NCBI GenBank assembly: GCA_902793995.1
Contig: CADBFP010000002.1
Location: 100,639-164,638, forward strand
DNA: 64,000 nucleotides
Direction of reading: 5' to 3'
Source of the DNA: an uncultured Lachnospiraceae bacterium
GTDB taxonomy: Bacteria; Bacillota; Clostridia; Lachnospirales; Lachnospiraceae
Shown here: positions 34,755-43,928 of the stretch, in pieces
Layout of the letters: every line of letters begins with the position of its first letter
Position numbering within the stretch: position 1 is the first letter of the stretch
Program-made: the position numbers and the translations under genes
Notes under the pieces: model-generated
Seen by the model: the letters and a program-made list of their open reading frames with translations, nothing else
Database searches by the model: none
Told to the model about the DNA's origin: nothing

Positions 34755-35613
34755 TTAAAACTGTCTCCCTGTTCCAATACAGCACATATTTTGTAATATA
34801 GCGAAAGCCCAGCTTCTCCAGAACCTCATTCTCCTCCCCTTCGGAGAAATAGGTCATATCCGTCATGCCGCAGGCCTTCGAATGATTGAGGGCCCGGACA
34901 AAGAGAGCCTGAAAGATGGCCGGCTCATAACGCTCCTCCGCAAAATCCACGCCAAAAATCTCCATGAAGCTGTCCACAAATACATAATAAATGGCGGCCG
35001 CCGGCTGGCCCCCCCGGTAATATATATGGAAATGCCAGGGTCTCCGGACCTGGCCCAGCAGGGCCTTGTGCAGACGCTCGCTGTTCCAGTACATATCGGT
35101 ATACCTGTCGTGGAGCTGCTTAAAATCATCCCAGTTTTCCGGCGTGACATCCCGGATGCACGCCTCCTCGGCTTTCGGCTCGTAGTCCTTAAAATGCAGC
35201 ACAAAAACATCCGATTCCTCTCCCAGCGTAAAGCCGCATTTTTGCAAATACGCCGCGGCCTGCACATTTTCCGCCGGGAAACCGAAGTCAATTTGATAGC
35301 CCGCAAAGCGCTCCCCGGCGTAAGCCAGGAATTCGTCTATGGCCTCTTCCACCCGTTCTTCCGTCAAAAAGCTGTAGAAACCGATAAACCGCTCTTCTCC
35401 CTCCCAATAATAATGGATCCAGCCCAGTACCCTTTCCTGTTCAAAAAGCAGCAGCTCGCTCCTGTCTTTCCGGGAGGCCTCTTCATAAAAATCTTCCCGT
35501 GTCTTAATCCCGTCCAGATAGGTGGGAAAGGAAGAAGTGGTGAAACTCTGGGACAATTGGTAGGCATAGTCCCTGTATTGCAATATGTCCGCATCCGTTG
35601 CTTTCCGCAGCAT
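34747..35613 (-). CDS. GNAT family acetyltransferase (two-domain)
   Basis: 288 aa. The acetyl-CoA-binding-like segments and the ...KCGFTL / ...KLGFRY C-terminal strands of two GNAT folds. Confidence 0.6.
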   Translation of the reverse strand: MLRKATDADILQYRDYAYQLSQSFTTSSFPTYLDGIKTREDFYEEASRKDRSELLLFEQERVLGWIHYYWEGEERFIGFYSFLTEERVEEAIDEFLAYAGERFAGYQIDFGFPAENVQAAAYLQKCGFTLGEESDVFVLHFKDYEPKAEEACIRDVTPENWDDFKQLHDRYTDMYWNSERLHKALLGQVRRPWHFHIYYRGGQPAAAIYYVFVDSFMEIFGVDFAEERYEPAIFQALFVRALNHSKACGMTDMTYFSEGEENEVLEKLGFRYITKYVLYWNRETVLNG

Positions 35614-35648
35614 CGCTGTGATTCTCCTTTTTTATTTTTTCTTCGCGG

Positions 35649-36434
35649 CTACCCCAGGGCAACATCCAGGGCCATCATCAAGGTAAAGCCCAGGGCAAAC
35701 ATCAGCACGCCGATGTTACTGTGCTCGCCCTCCGACATTTCCGGAATCAATTCCTCCACCACCACATAGATCATGGCGCCGGCGGCAAAACTGAGCAGAT
35801 AAGGCAGAATGGGCACCAGCAGCCCCGCCAGTAAAATGGTCAGCAAAGCCGCCAGGGGTTCCACCGCACCGGAAAGGGCGCCGCTCATAAAAGCCCGCCC
35901 CTTTTTCTGCCCTGACCCATGCAAGGGCATGGAAATAATGGCCCCCTCCGGGAAGTTTTGGATAGCAATGCCCAGAGACAGGGCCAGGGCGCCCCCGGCG
36001 GTGATGTCCATGGAGCCGGACAAAAGACCGGCATAGACTACCCCCACCGCCATGCCCTCCGGGATATTATGCAGGGTCACCGCCAGCACCATCATGGTGG
36101 TTTTGGCCAGGCGGCTTTTAGGTCCCTCCGCCTTTTCCGCATTCATGTGCAGATGGGGAATGACCGTATCCAGAAGGAGCAAAAACAAAATCCCCAGCCA
36201 GAAGCCCGCCGCCGCCGGAACAAAGGAACATTTGCCCATGCCCTCCGCCTGCTCCATGGCGGGAATCAGCAAGCTCCAAATGGAGGCCGCCACCATCACG
36301 CCGGCGGCAAAGCCTGTCAGGGCCCGCTGAACCATGGGGCTCAGTTGTTGCCTCATAAAAAATACACAGCCAGCGCCCGCCACCGTGCCGGCCAAAGGAA
36401 TCAATAATCCGATGATGGTTTCCGTATTAATCAT
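35649..36434 (-). CDS. ZIP family metal transporter
   Basis: HNIPEGMAVG and QNFPEGAIIS motifs, with 7-8 TM segments. Confidence 0.9.
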   Translation of the reverse strand: MINTETIIGLLIPLAGTVAGAGCVFFMRQQLSPMVQRALTGFAAGVMVAASIWSLLIPAMEQAEGMGKCSFVPAAAGFWLGILFLLLLDTVIPHLHMNAEKAEGPKSRLAKTTMMVLAVTLHNIPEGMAVGVVYAGLLSGSMDITAGGALALSLGIAIQNFPEGAIISMPLHGSGQKKGRAFMSGALSGAVEPLAALLTILLAGLLVPILPYLLSFAAGAMIYVVVEELIPEMSEGEHSNIGVLMFALGFTLMMALDVALG

Positions 36435-37098
36435 ATAAATGCACTCCGTTTACGATTTCCAACACATCCGGCTCCACATGGCAGGGGAGAAACAGCACCC
36501 GGACTCCGGCAGCTTTGGCCTCTTCCAGTGCCCTGCCGAAAGCCGGGTGGGTAGCCACATTTGGCCTTACCTCCCGCACCCCCTCCATCTGAATCACAAA
36601 AGCCAGGATGGCCTGATATCCCTCCCCGGCGGCCCTGGCCAGCTCCCGCAGGTGCTTAACGCCCCGCTCCGTGGGGGCATCCGGATAATAGCCGATGCCG
36701 TGGGTTTCCAGGGTGCAGCCCTTGACCTCCATCAAAAAGCGCAGCCCCTCCCCTTCCATATAAAAATCGATGCGGGAATCTCCGTAGGTATATTCCGACA
36801 CTATCCTATCATAATTCCGGGCCGCAAGCCATTCCTTTACCACCCGGTTGGGGGCCTGGCTGTCGATATTAAAAAGAACCCCCGTATCCTTCCGGACCGC
36901 CACTAAATCGTATTTCGTTTTGCGTCCCGGGGTCCCCGGCGCCGTGAGCCACACTTCACTGCCCGGCAGCAGAAGTTCCCGGCAACGGCCGGTGTTTTTC
37001 ACATGGACCATCTCCTGTCGCCCCTCCACCTCCACCTGGGCGATGAAGCGGTTGGGACGATTGATAAAGGTCCCTTGCACTATATTATCATATTTCAA
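36427..37098 (-). CDS. sfsA: sugar fermentation stimulation protein SfsA homolog
   Basis: NRPNRFIAQVE....VHVKNTGRCRELL and FMEVKGCTL blocks. Start proposed at TTG 37098 (LKYDNIV) after GGAAGAGG; the ORF-track start is 37122. Confidence 0.85.
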   Translation of the reverse strand: MKYDNIVQGTFINRPNRFIAQVEVEGRQEMVHVKNTGRCRELLLPGSEVWLTAPGTPGRKTKYDLVAVRKDTGVLFNIDSQAPNRVVKEWLAARNYDRIVSEYTYGDSRIDFYMEGEGLRFLMEVKGCTLETHGIGYYPDAPTERGVKHLRELARAAGEGYQAILAFVIQMEGVREVRPNVATHPAFGRALEEAKAAGVRVLFLPCHVEPDVLEIVNGVHLYD

Positions 37099-37316
37099 AG
37101 CAATACCTCTTCCGCTTCCCACTCTTACCCTTTGTCCTCAATGCTCTGCCGCATTATAACATATCGTCCCGGCATTGCGCCAGCAGAAACAGCATTTCTG
37201 CCGCCCTTAAGGGATGCTCTTGACAGCGTTGGCTCCTCTTGTGGTATGATAACACCACAGAACTATATCTCTGTCAGTGCATGGTCAAAGCATTGTTCGT
37301 ACAGGAAGGATTGAGG

Positions 37317-38876
37317 ATGAAGAACCAAAAAAAGGCCAGTGCCAAAACCCCCTTTTTTGACCGCTTCCTGAACGGTCTGGAAAAAGTCTGCGGCAAGCTC
37401 CCGCCACCGCCGCTGCTGTTCGCGGGGCTCTTTCTCTTTGTAGCGCTGCTCTCCCTGATTCTTGGTCTGGCGGGCGCAGGCGCCGTAAACCCTGCCACCG
37501 GAGAAGAGGTGCGGGTCCAAAACTTTTTCAGCAACCAGGGGCTTACCTGGTTCGTCAGTCATATGATCACCAATTTCAGCACTTTCGCCCCGCTGGGACT
37601 GGTGCTGACCATGACCATTGCCATCGGACTGTGCGAAGAATCCGGGCTGATTACGGCACTCCTGAAGGACAGGCTGAAAAACATTTCACCCGTCCTGCTT
37701 CCTTTTGTCATCGCTTTTGTGGGCACCGTGGGCAATTTAGCCTCGGACACGGCCCTGGTGGTGATCCCGCCTATCGCTGCCGTCCTGTATCTGGGAGCCG
37801 GCAAGCATCCTGTAGCTGGTCTGATCTGCGGCTATGCCGCCACCAACGGCGGATTTGCAGCCAATTTAATGATTTCCGGAACCGACGGCCTGCTTCAGGG
37901 CATCAGCCAGGGTGTCCTGAACAATATGCCTCAGGCCGGGGTCAAAGTGGAAATCACCGACAACTGGTTCTTCATGATTGCATCCACCTTTTTGTGTACC
38001 CTGACGGTGGGGCTGGCCTGTCATTTTTTGGTAGACAAACGCTTCGGCGCCTACCGGCCGGAGAATGGCCTGCTCCCGGAAAAGCCGGAGCCTATAACCC
38101 CTCGGGAAAAGCTCGCTCTCAAAAAGGCTGGTCTGGCTTTGCTGCTATACATATTGGCGGTAGCGGCCCTTACCCTGTGTGGTCCCCTGGGACTCATTCA
38201 GGGGGATGAAAGCCGGCGCGGCTTTGTGGGATCTTATCTGCTCAATTATCTGGTCCCGGTTCTCTTCTTCTTTTTCATAATTCCCGGCATCACCTACGGC
38301 TTTGCTGCCGGTGTATTTGTCCGCCCCCGGGATATCGTGCCGGCCATGGTCAGACAACTGTCCGCCATGGGCAGTTTTATTGCTTTTTGCTTTTTCTGCA
38401 GCCAATTTCAGGCGCTTTTTGTCTGGACCAATATTGACAAGCTGATGGCCATCGGCGGGGCGGGGCTGATTGACAATATCTCCCTTCATGGCTTTCTCCT
38501 GACCATAGTCTTCATCCTATTTGTAGGACTGATCAATCTGATGATGAGTTCCGGCTCCGCCAAGTGGGGGATTCTGGCCCCCATCTTCATCCCTATGCTG
38601 ATGATGACAGACCGCTTCCATCCCGCCTTTATCCAACTGATTTACCGCCTGGGGGACTCTCCTACCAACGCCTTTGCCCCCTTATCTCCCTATTTGTGGA
38701 TGATGCTGACGGTAGCCCAAAGCAAATACGATAAAAATGCCACCATCGGAACCCTGGCGAAAGGGCTCTTTCCGGTGGCTATGGTTTTGCAATTTGCCTG
38801 GATTGCCTTTTTAGGATTATGGATGCTGCTGAACCTTCCCATAGGGCCGGGGGCCGGAATATATCTGCCGGGGTAA
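37317..38876 (+). CDS. abgT: AbgT family transporter (p-aminobenzoyl-glutamate transporter-like)
   Basis: Start at MKNQKKASAKTPFFDRFLNGLEKVCGKLP, the typical AbgT N-terminus. Polytopic, ~520 aa. Confidence 0.85.
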   Translation: MKNQKKASAKTPFFDRFLNGLEKVCGKLPPPPLLFAGLFLFVALLSLILGLAGAGAVNPATGEEVRVQNFFSNQGLTWFVSHMITNFSTFAPLGLVLTMTIAIGLCEESGLITALLKDRLKNISPVLLPFVIAFVGTVGNLASDTALVVIPPIAAVLYLGAGKHPVAGLICGYAATNGGFAANLMISGTDGLLQGISQGVLNNMPQAGVKVEITDNWFFMIASTFLCTLTVGLACHFLVDKRFGAYRPENGLLPEKPEPITPREKLALKKAGLALLLYILAVAALTLCGPLGLIQGDESRRGFVGSYLLNYLVPVLFFFFIIPGITYGFAAGVFVRPRDIVPAMVRQLSAMGSFIAFCFFCSQFQALFVWTNIDKLMAIGGAGLIDNISLHGFLLTIVFILFVGLINLMMSSGSAKWGILAPIFIPMLMMTDRFHPAFIQLIYRLGDSPTNAFAPLSPYLWMMLTVAQSKYDKNATIGTLAKGLFPVAMVLQFAWIAFLGLWMLLNLPIGPGAGIYLPG

Positions 38877-38905
38877 AACTGCCCCTCCCTTGACCCGGCA
38901 ATTTA

Positions 38906-39424
38906 TTAAGGTTTTTTCTCCTTCCATAATCCAAAAACCAAATCATCCCCGTCTCGTTCCGGCAGCTGCCGAAAGCCCAGGGACAGATACAACGCCTGCG
39001 CCTTTTGATTCGCCTCCTCCGTGGAAAGCTTGATGGGAACCTCCGGATCCGCCGCCTGCAGCAGGCGCACCGCCATCCGGGCGGCTCTTTTGCCGTATCC
39101 TTTTCCCTGTTGCTCCCTATCGATAAAGTAGCTCCAGGAGTAATGCGTTTCCGTGCCTAGCCCCAGCCACCTGCTGAAATTGATAAACCCGATAGGCTCT
39201 CCCCCCTTATTCCAAATCAGGCAGGGCAGGTTATCCTCCGGGCACAAATACGCCCGCCCGATGGAAAAGGAAGGCGGGTTGACCAGGTCCTTCTGATCTT
39301 CCCTCAGCTGAAGATCAAAAAGCGCAATAATCAGTTCCTCCTGGGTTTTGATGGGTTTGATGCGAGTCCCTTCATCCTGCCAAAGATTCTCCGGCAGCTT
39401 CTCCAAATCATTTCGTACTGACAT
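38906..39424 (-). CDS. GNAT family N-acetyltransferase
   Basis: QQGKGYGKRAARMAV (Q/RxxGxG/A acetyl-CoA motif) and LYLSLGFRQ. Its ATG directly abuts the TAG of the upstream gene (TAGATG). Confidence 0.85.
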   Translation of the reverse strand: MSVRNDLEKLPENLWQDEGTRIKPIKTQEELIIALFDLQLREDQKDLVNPPSFSIGRAYLCPEDNLPCLIWNKGGEPIGFINFSRWLGLGTETHYSWSYFIDREQQGKGYGKRAARMAVRLLQAADPEVPIKLSTEEANQKAQALYLSLGFRQLPERDGDDLVFGLWKEKKP

Positions 39425-40192
39425 CTATCTGTAATTCCTCAAAATATCCAATCCGAGAAGCAGTGCTTTCTCGTGGGATTTCGTTCCAAAGTCTCTGGCA
39501 TCATACTCGTGCACATTGGCCAAGGAATCTGCGGTAAACAGGAACTGCCCGAATGTTGCTCCGCGCTTCCGGCAGCAGGCGGCGAGGGCGGCACATTCCA
39601 TTTCAACCACGGAGCATCCTTCTTCCAGGCGGTACTGCACCATATCCTTTGTTTCGCGGAAAAAGCCGTCTGTGGACCAGGTGGTGCAAGTCTCGAAAGG
39701 AAGACCGTGTTTCCGAAAGGTCTCTTCCATGACAAGCACGGGTTCTTCATCCAGTTCTATATATCTGGCTGCAGGCAGATAGTGGTAGGATGTCCCCTCC
39801 GCCCGGAGTGCCTTAATTGGAACCATAAAGGCGTTTTCCTTTAGATGGGTCAGGACGCCGCAGGATCCCACTGCAATCACCTTTTTGCAACCGCAGCTGA
39901 CAAGGGTATCCAAAACCTGGGATGAAGCCGCTGCGCCGATGGGGGATTGAACCAGGCAGATGTCCTCCTTTTCCTCCCGCAGCACATAAATCTTTATGTC
40001 GGATGAAACCGTAATCAGTGTTTCGGCCACCCTCGCATCATGCTTGGCCGCATAGGCATGAACCACACCTCCCAGGAAAGCAAAAAGACACTTTTCGGGC
40101 AGTTTTCCCGCCGACCAGTCATGATCCGGGGGAATAACCTCTGGAGAACTATCATCATATTCCAGAATGGGAATCTCATTTTTGTGAATCAT
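39425..40192 (-). CDS. nucleoside phosphorylase family protein (PNP_UDP_1 fold)
   Basis: KKVIAVGSCGVL...ALRAEGTSYHY...VVEMECAALAA pattern of PNP/UDP/MTA phosphorylases. Confidence 0.75.
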   Translation of the reverse strand: MIHKNEIPILEYDDSSPEVIPPDHDWSAGKLPEKCLFAFLGGVVHAYAAKHDARVAETLITVSSDIKIYVLREEKEDICLVQSPIGAAASSQVLDTLVSCGCKKVIAVGSCGVLTHLKENAFMVPIKALRAEGTSYHYLPAARYIELDEEPVLVMEETFRKHGLPFETCTTWSTDGFFRETKDMVQYRLEEGCSVVEMECAALAACCRKRGATFGQFLFTADSLANVHEYDARDFGTKSHEKALLLGLDILRNYR

Positions 40193-40231
40193 GGTGCGCT
40201 CCTGTACAGTTCTGGTTTTTTCTTCGATGCG

Positions 40232-40693
40232 TTATTCAATGTCTCTTAGCCCGTCAAAAAGCTCATTGAAGGACTTGCCATTTTTACACCTTCCGTATGA
40301 GAAATCCTTGTTATCTCCAAACTCCAGCAAAAAACATTTCGCCAATTCTTCAACGGTCTGCTCCAGGGCTGTGAAAAACTGCCGATAGGCAAAGTTGCTG
40401 GCTGCCGATCCGGCCTCAAAGCAATTCACAATCAGTGATTCCGTCACCTGGTCCAAGGGGTACATCTTGATATGCATCAGCTCATGAATGATGACCTCTT
40501 CCAGGTTTTCCTGCTTCGGATTGATGACATTCAAAAGCAAAATGGCCTTTCTGTCGTCACAATCAATTTTGAAATCTCCTGTTTTCGGCCATGCCGGATC
40601 TTCCACCAATTCGAGTTTTATATCCCATTCCGGTGAAATCCGGAGTTTTTTAATGTACTTATCGAACAGGGCAGCCAGCGCTTGTTTGTCCAT
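40232..40693 (-). CDS. hypothetical small protein with HExxH motif
   Basis: Start at MDKQALAALF (ATG 40693, GGAGGAGG SD). VIIHELMHIKMYP suggests a zinc metallopeptidase-like fold. Confidence 0.6.
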   Translation of the reverse strand: MDKQALAALFDKYIKKLRISPEWDIKLELVEDPAWPKTGDFKIDCDDRKAILLLNVINPKQENLEEVIIHELMHIKMYPLDQVTESLIVNCFEAGSAASNFAYRQFFTALEQTVEELAKCFLLEFGDNKDFSYGRCKNGKSFNELFDGLRDIE

Positions 40694-40793
40694 GGTTTTC
40701 CTCCTCCATACCGAATTCTCAAGGGCTTCGGGGCCCGGCATACGCACAGTATAGCACAGGGTTTTGTGTTATGTAAGGGACACGGGGACATGT

Positions 40794-40827
40794 CTTTTAC
40801 AGATGTACAGCAAATGGCTTGAACTCA
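40794..40827 (+). repeat. conserved intergenic motif TTTTACAGATGTACAGCAAATGGCTTGA (copy 1)
   Basis: A 28-nt identical core shared with 43850-43884. Confidence 0.75.
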
Positions 40828-41745
40828 GTGCGGTATCAATTGTAAAGAGCTTTTTTCAAAGAGGATCTTTGCGACCGATTGCACTTTTTCCACTGAAAGA
40901 TTACCGAGTTCGTTGGAGCTTTTATCCAGTAATTTACAATACTCCGAAACAATCCTGTGGGCCGCGACTGCATGACCGTTGCTGGCATCGGAGGCATCCG
41001 TTTCATGTACAAACTGCGCTAAAAGGTTCCTCTCTGCGGAATAGATCAGCTCCACCAGCTTAGCCCGGTATTCCAACAGCGCGGAGGGCATGCCAGGCAA
41101 AAGAGTTAAATCTTTTGCGTGCTGTGCCTCATGTTTGAGCAGGGACACCCTGAAATTTTCACTGTCAAAGTCATAAGAGGATTTCACACAGTTAATGATT
41201 CCGTCGTTGTCTGTCCAGCCGCCCGTACTGATTTTGCCGAAAGAAAGGTAGTCCAGCCAGCTTTTTACAACAAAGCCGTCCAAGAGCTTCACAGTGTACG
41301 GCTGTATCCCGTCCGGCAGTTCAACATCATAGGTCTCGCTCTCTGTTGTTTTCCAGACATAGGGGCCATAATACCCGCCCGTCTTACCGCCAAGAAAGTA
41401 AAAACCTCTACGCTGAAACTCTCCGGCAATGGCCTCCTGCTCCATATCGCAGAGGCGATATTTATCGTTGACATGAAGGAGCGCTGCCAGCTTTGTCTGC
41501 AGCCTATCTGCGGCCTTGTCTTTATCAAGACACAGATAGAAGGCGTCTCTATAATATTGCTGATAAGTGCGCAGGATACCGTTGAGCAGTTCTTCAATCG
41601 CATAGTTCAGATACTGTTCTTTATCAAAGATGGTAATGTATCGCTGATAAAGCGTGCCCTGCTCCGGGAAACGCTTTATGTAGCCGATCGCTCCGACGAG
41701 ATCGGCTTTCAGGATGTAACCGTAGTATGCGTTTTCGTCAAACAT
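40825..41745 (-). CDS. hypothetical protein with HExxH motif
   Basis: ~306 aa from MFDENAYYGY. LLKHEAQHAKD. No family recognised. Confidence 0.6.
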   Translation of the reverse strand: MFDENAYYGYILKADLVGAIGYIKRFPEQGTLYQRYITIFDKEQYLNYAIEELLNGILRTYQQYYRDAFYLCLDKDKAADRLQTKLAALLHVNDKYRLCDMEQEAIAGEFQRRGFYFLGGKTGGYYGPYVWKTTESETYDVELPDGIQPYTVKLLDGFVVKSWLDYLSFGKISTGGWTDNDGIINCVKSSYDFDSENFRVSLLKHEAQHAKDLTLLPGMPSALLEYRAKLVELIYSAERNLLAQFVHETDASDASNGHAVAAHRIVSEYCKLLDKSSNELGNLSVEKVQSVAKILFEKSSLQLIPH

Positions 41746-41849
41746 TTCCCGCCCCTTTCTGTGATGTATGAACATCGGCCCCAGATCGGTCTGTTGACAA
41801 AGTGCTGTTCATTTCTCCCTTTGTCCTCTCAGAGCTTCTTCTCCGCAAG

Positions 41850-41917
41850 TGTCAAGGGGGACGGTTCTGTTTGACACTCTCCATTAAAGTTGTCAATGAG
41901 AACCGTCCCTGTTGACA
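41850..41917. repeat. ~70-bp imperfect palindrome (GTCAAGGGGGACGGTTCT...AGAACCGTCCCTGTTGAC family)
   Basis: The arms 41850-41877 and 41889-41917 are reverse complements with a few mismatches. Related half-sites are at 46694-46737, 47644-47665, 51462-51481 and 52657-52678. Confidence 0.7.
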
Positions 41918-41928
41918 TCCTAAAGACT

Positions 41929-42870
41929 CTACAGAGCAAAGCCGCCGGAAATTGCCGCCTGGCGAATGGCCTGGGCAGAGGCCAAAAAGGCGGCCTTTTC
42001 TTCCGGATCCATAGGGGCTTCCCGGATATCCTCTACACCATTTCTGCCAATGACGGAGGGGACTGAAAGGGCCACGCCCGTGATGCCGTATTCTCCCTGA
42101 AGTACCGTGGAAACGGGAAGGATCTCCCGGGAATCTGCGGCAATTGCCCCGGCGATCCGGCAGGCTGTGGCCGAGACGCCGGTGCTGGTATAGCCCTTGC
42201 CGTAGAAGATGCGGAAGGGCTCATTCTTCAGGGCCTTGTGCAGATGATCTATATTCAGCACCAGATCGGATTCCGTTACATTTTTCAGATACTCCTCCAG
42301 GGTCATGCCCATGATCCTGACGGAGCTGAGGAGGGCAACGGCGGTGGCGCCGTGCTCACCTACCACATTGATATGGACAGATTTGTCGGACACTTCCAGC
42401 AGCTCTGCCACAAAGCGGATCAGCCGGGCGCTTTCCAAAAGTGTCCCGGAGCCTATGACCCGGCGGGGGTCGATCCCCGTTACCTGCTGGATCTTCATGG
42501 TGATCACATCCAGGGGATTGGTCAGGCAGAGAATGATCGCCTCCCGGTTATATTGCATGACTTGAGAAAATATCTCCTCCGTGATCTGGAGATTATCCTT
42601 CAGCATTTCCATCCGGTCCGTTTTTACCTTGGAGGAGCCGGCCGTATAAATAATAAGATCCGCCCCCCGGGTGGCCTCGTAGCCGCCGTGGAAAAGCTTG
42701 GGACCGGTCTCTCCCCGCAGAATGGCGGCGTCCCGGGCATCCATGACCTCGGCAATAACAGCCGATTGATTGCGGCCTACCAGGGCGATCTGGTCAATAA
42801 AGGGAACATGCTGAAGATCGTGAAAAACCGCTTTTCCCACATTTCCGGAACCAATAATTGCTGCTTTCAT
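41929..42870 (-). CDS. L-lactate/malate dehydrogenase family oxidoreductase
   Basis: IIGSGNVGKA (Rossmann), TNPLDV and VGEHG motifs. Confidence 0.8.
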   Translation of the reverse strand: MKAAIIGSGNVGKAVFHDLQHVPFIDQIALVGRNQSAVIAEVMDARDAAILRGETGPKLFHGGYEATRGADLIIYTAGSSKVKTDRMEMLKDNLQITEEIFSQVMQYNREAIILCLTNPLDVITMKIQQVTGIDPRRVIGSGTLLESARLIRFVAELLEVSDKSVHINVVGEHGATAVALLSSVRIMGMTLEEYLKNVTESDLVLNIDHLHKALKNEPFRIFYGKGYTSTGVSATACRIAGAIAADSREILPVSTVLQGEYGITGVALSVPSVIGRNGVEDIREAPMDPEEKAAFLASAQAIRQAAISGGFAL

Positions 42871-43310
42871 CTTTTTCTCTCCTGTCTTTGATCTGCAATA
42901 AAAGGCGGGGCGCTGCGCTTGTTTCTGGGATTCTCTATGTCCGCGGCATCAGGCCGCCTTGTCCGTTTCTTCCTCAAAGAAACATCCCGTTCTTTTTCCG
43001 AGATATTTCCCGCTGACATGATTTTCCCTTGCAAAGATTCATAGTCACGAAAAGACATGTGATTATCATCGAGATAAAAAGATGCCGCCTCCATGATATA
43101 AGCACGCGGCCAATACGAATAAACATCACAAGTATTCTGGCTTGCCTCAGAGAAAAAAGCCGCGCTGCTTTCTCTGCAAAAAGCGTTTAACAAAGCAATG
43201 TGCTCTTGACTACGCTCAATAGAAGCATATTTATATCCAGATTGAAATAAGCCATAATAAATAGCGGATATTTTCGGGTTCTGCGTTATTAGAAGATTGC
43301 TTGATCCCAC
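42867..43310 (-). CDS. hypothetical protein
   Basis: GTG start after AGGAGG, and ATGA overlap with the downstream dehydrogenase gene. The basic, low-complexity C-terminal third may reflect a degraded gene. Confidence 0.4.
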   Translation of the reverse strand: MGSSNLLITQNPKISAIYYGLFQSGYKYASIERSQEHIALLNAFCRESSAAFFSEASQNTCDVYSYWPRAYIMEAASFYLDDNHMSFRDYESLQGKIMSAGNISEKERDVSLRKKRTRRPDAADIENPRNKRSAPPFIADQRQERKR

Positions 43311-43358
43311 TATTCCAACCTCCTGAAATACATACTTAAGCCGTTAAGTCCGGAATTA

Positions 43359-43841
43359 TCAGTCCCCGTCTTTCATAGTTTCCAAATGCATAACATATAT
43401 CTGGCAAGGGTTTTCTTCTCCCCATAGTTCCGGAATGATTTCAAACTCTTTGAATCCGAGACTTAAGTAGAACTTATTGGTATCATCATATTCGGGATAT
43501 TTTCCCATGGCGACCGTCTTAACCTGCATAAATGAGTACCCGCTTGATGCAGCAATTTCCCTGGCTTGATTGAAAATCTTGCTGCCAATGTTTTTGCGAT
43601 GGTACTCCTTTAGAACCCCTATGACATGAAGCTCAACCGTATCCCTACCGGTTTCATTGAGACATACAAAACCAACCTCCTTCTTACCATCAAAAGCGGC
43701 TATCATTGTTTGGTTGGCGCTATCCGTGATATACTTCTCCCGCGCTTTTTCTAATCCAAACCATTCCGGAAGTGATTCCAGAACAGTTCTTGATATGCGC
43801 CTCTTTTCCTCTTTGTTTTCCATAATTTCAAATGTAATCAT
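43359..43841 (-). CDS. GNAT family N-acetyltransferase
   Basis: HRKNIGSKIFNQAREIA acetyl-CoA motif, and YLSLGFKE. Confidence 0.85.
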   Translation of the reverse strand: MITFEIMENKEEKRRISRTVLESLPEWFGLEKAREKYITDSANQTMIAAFDGKKEVGFVCLNETGRDTVELHVIGVLKEYHRKNIGSKIFNQAREIAASSGYSFMQVKTVAMGKYPEYDDTNKFYLSLGFKEFEIIPELWGEENPCQIYVMHLETMKDGD

Positions 43842-43849
43842 AATGACCT

Positions 43850-43884
43850 CTTTTTACAGATGTACAGCAAATGGCTTGAGCTCA
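43850..43884 (+). repeat. conserved intergenic motif TTTTACAGATGTACAGCAAATGGCTTGA (copy 2)
   Basis: Lies immediately upstream of the GNAT start at 43841. Confidence 0.75.
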
Positions 43885-43928
43885 ATATTTGAGGAGACGG
43901 GGACGGTCTTTTCTGTCCCTTTTTCTTC

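Noticed and set aside
37220-37250. TTGACA ... TATGAT promoter for abgT
   Set aside because: The spacer is 19 nt by my count, which is suboptimal. It is possible but not strong enough to list as a feature.
41829-41918. 29-aa ORF MSTGTVLIDNFNGECQTEPSPLTLAEKKL on the minus strand
   Set aside because: It is a read-through of the palindromic repeat into the orphan LAEKKL* gene-end copy. The ATG has no spacer from any SD-like sequence.
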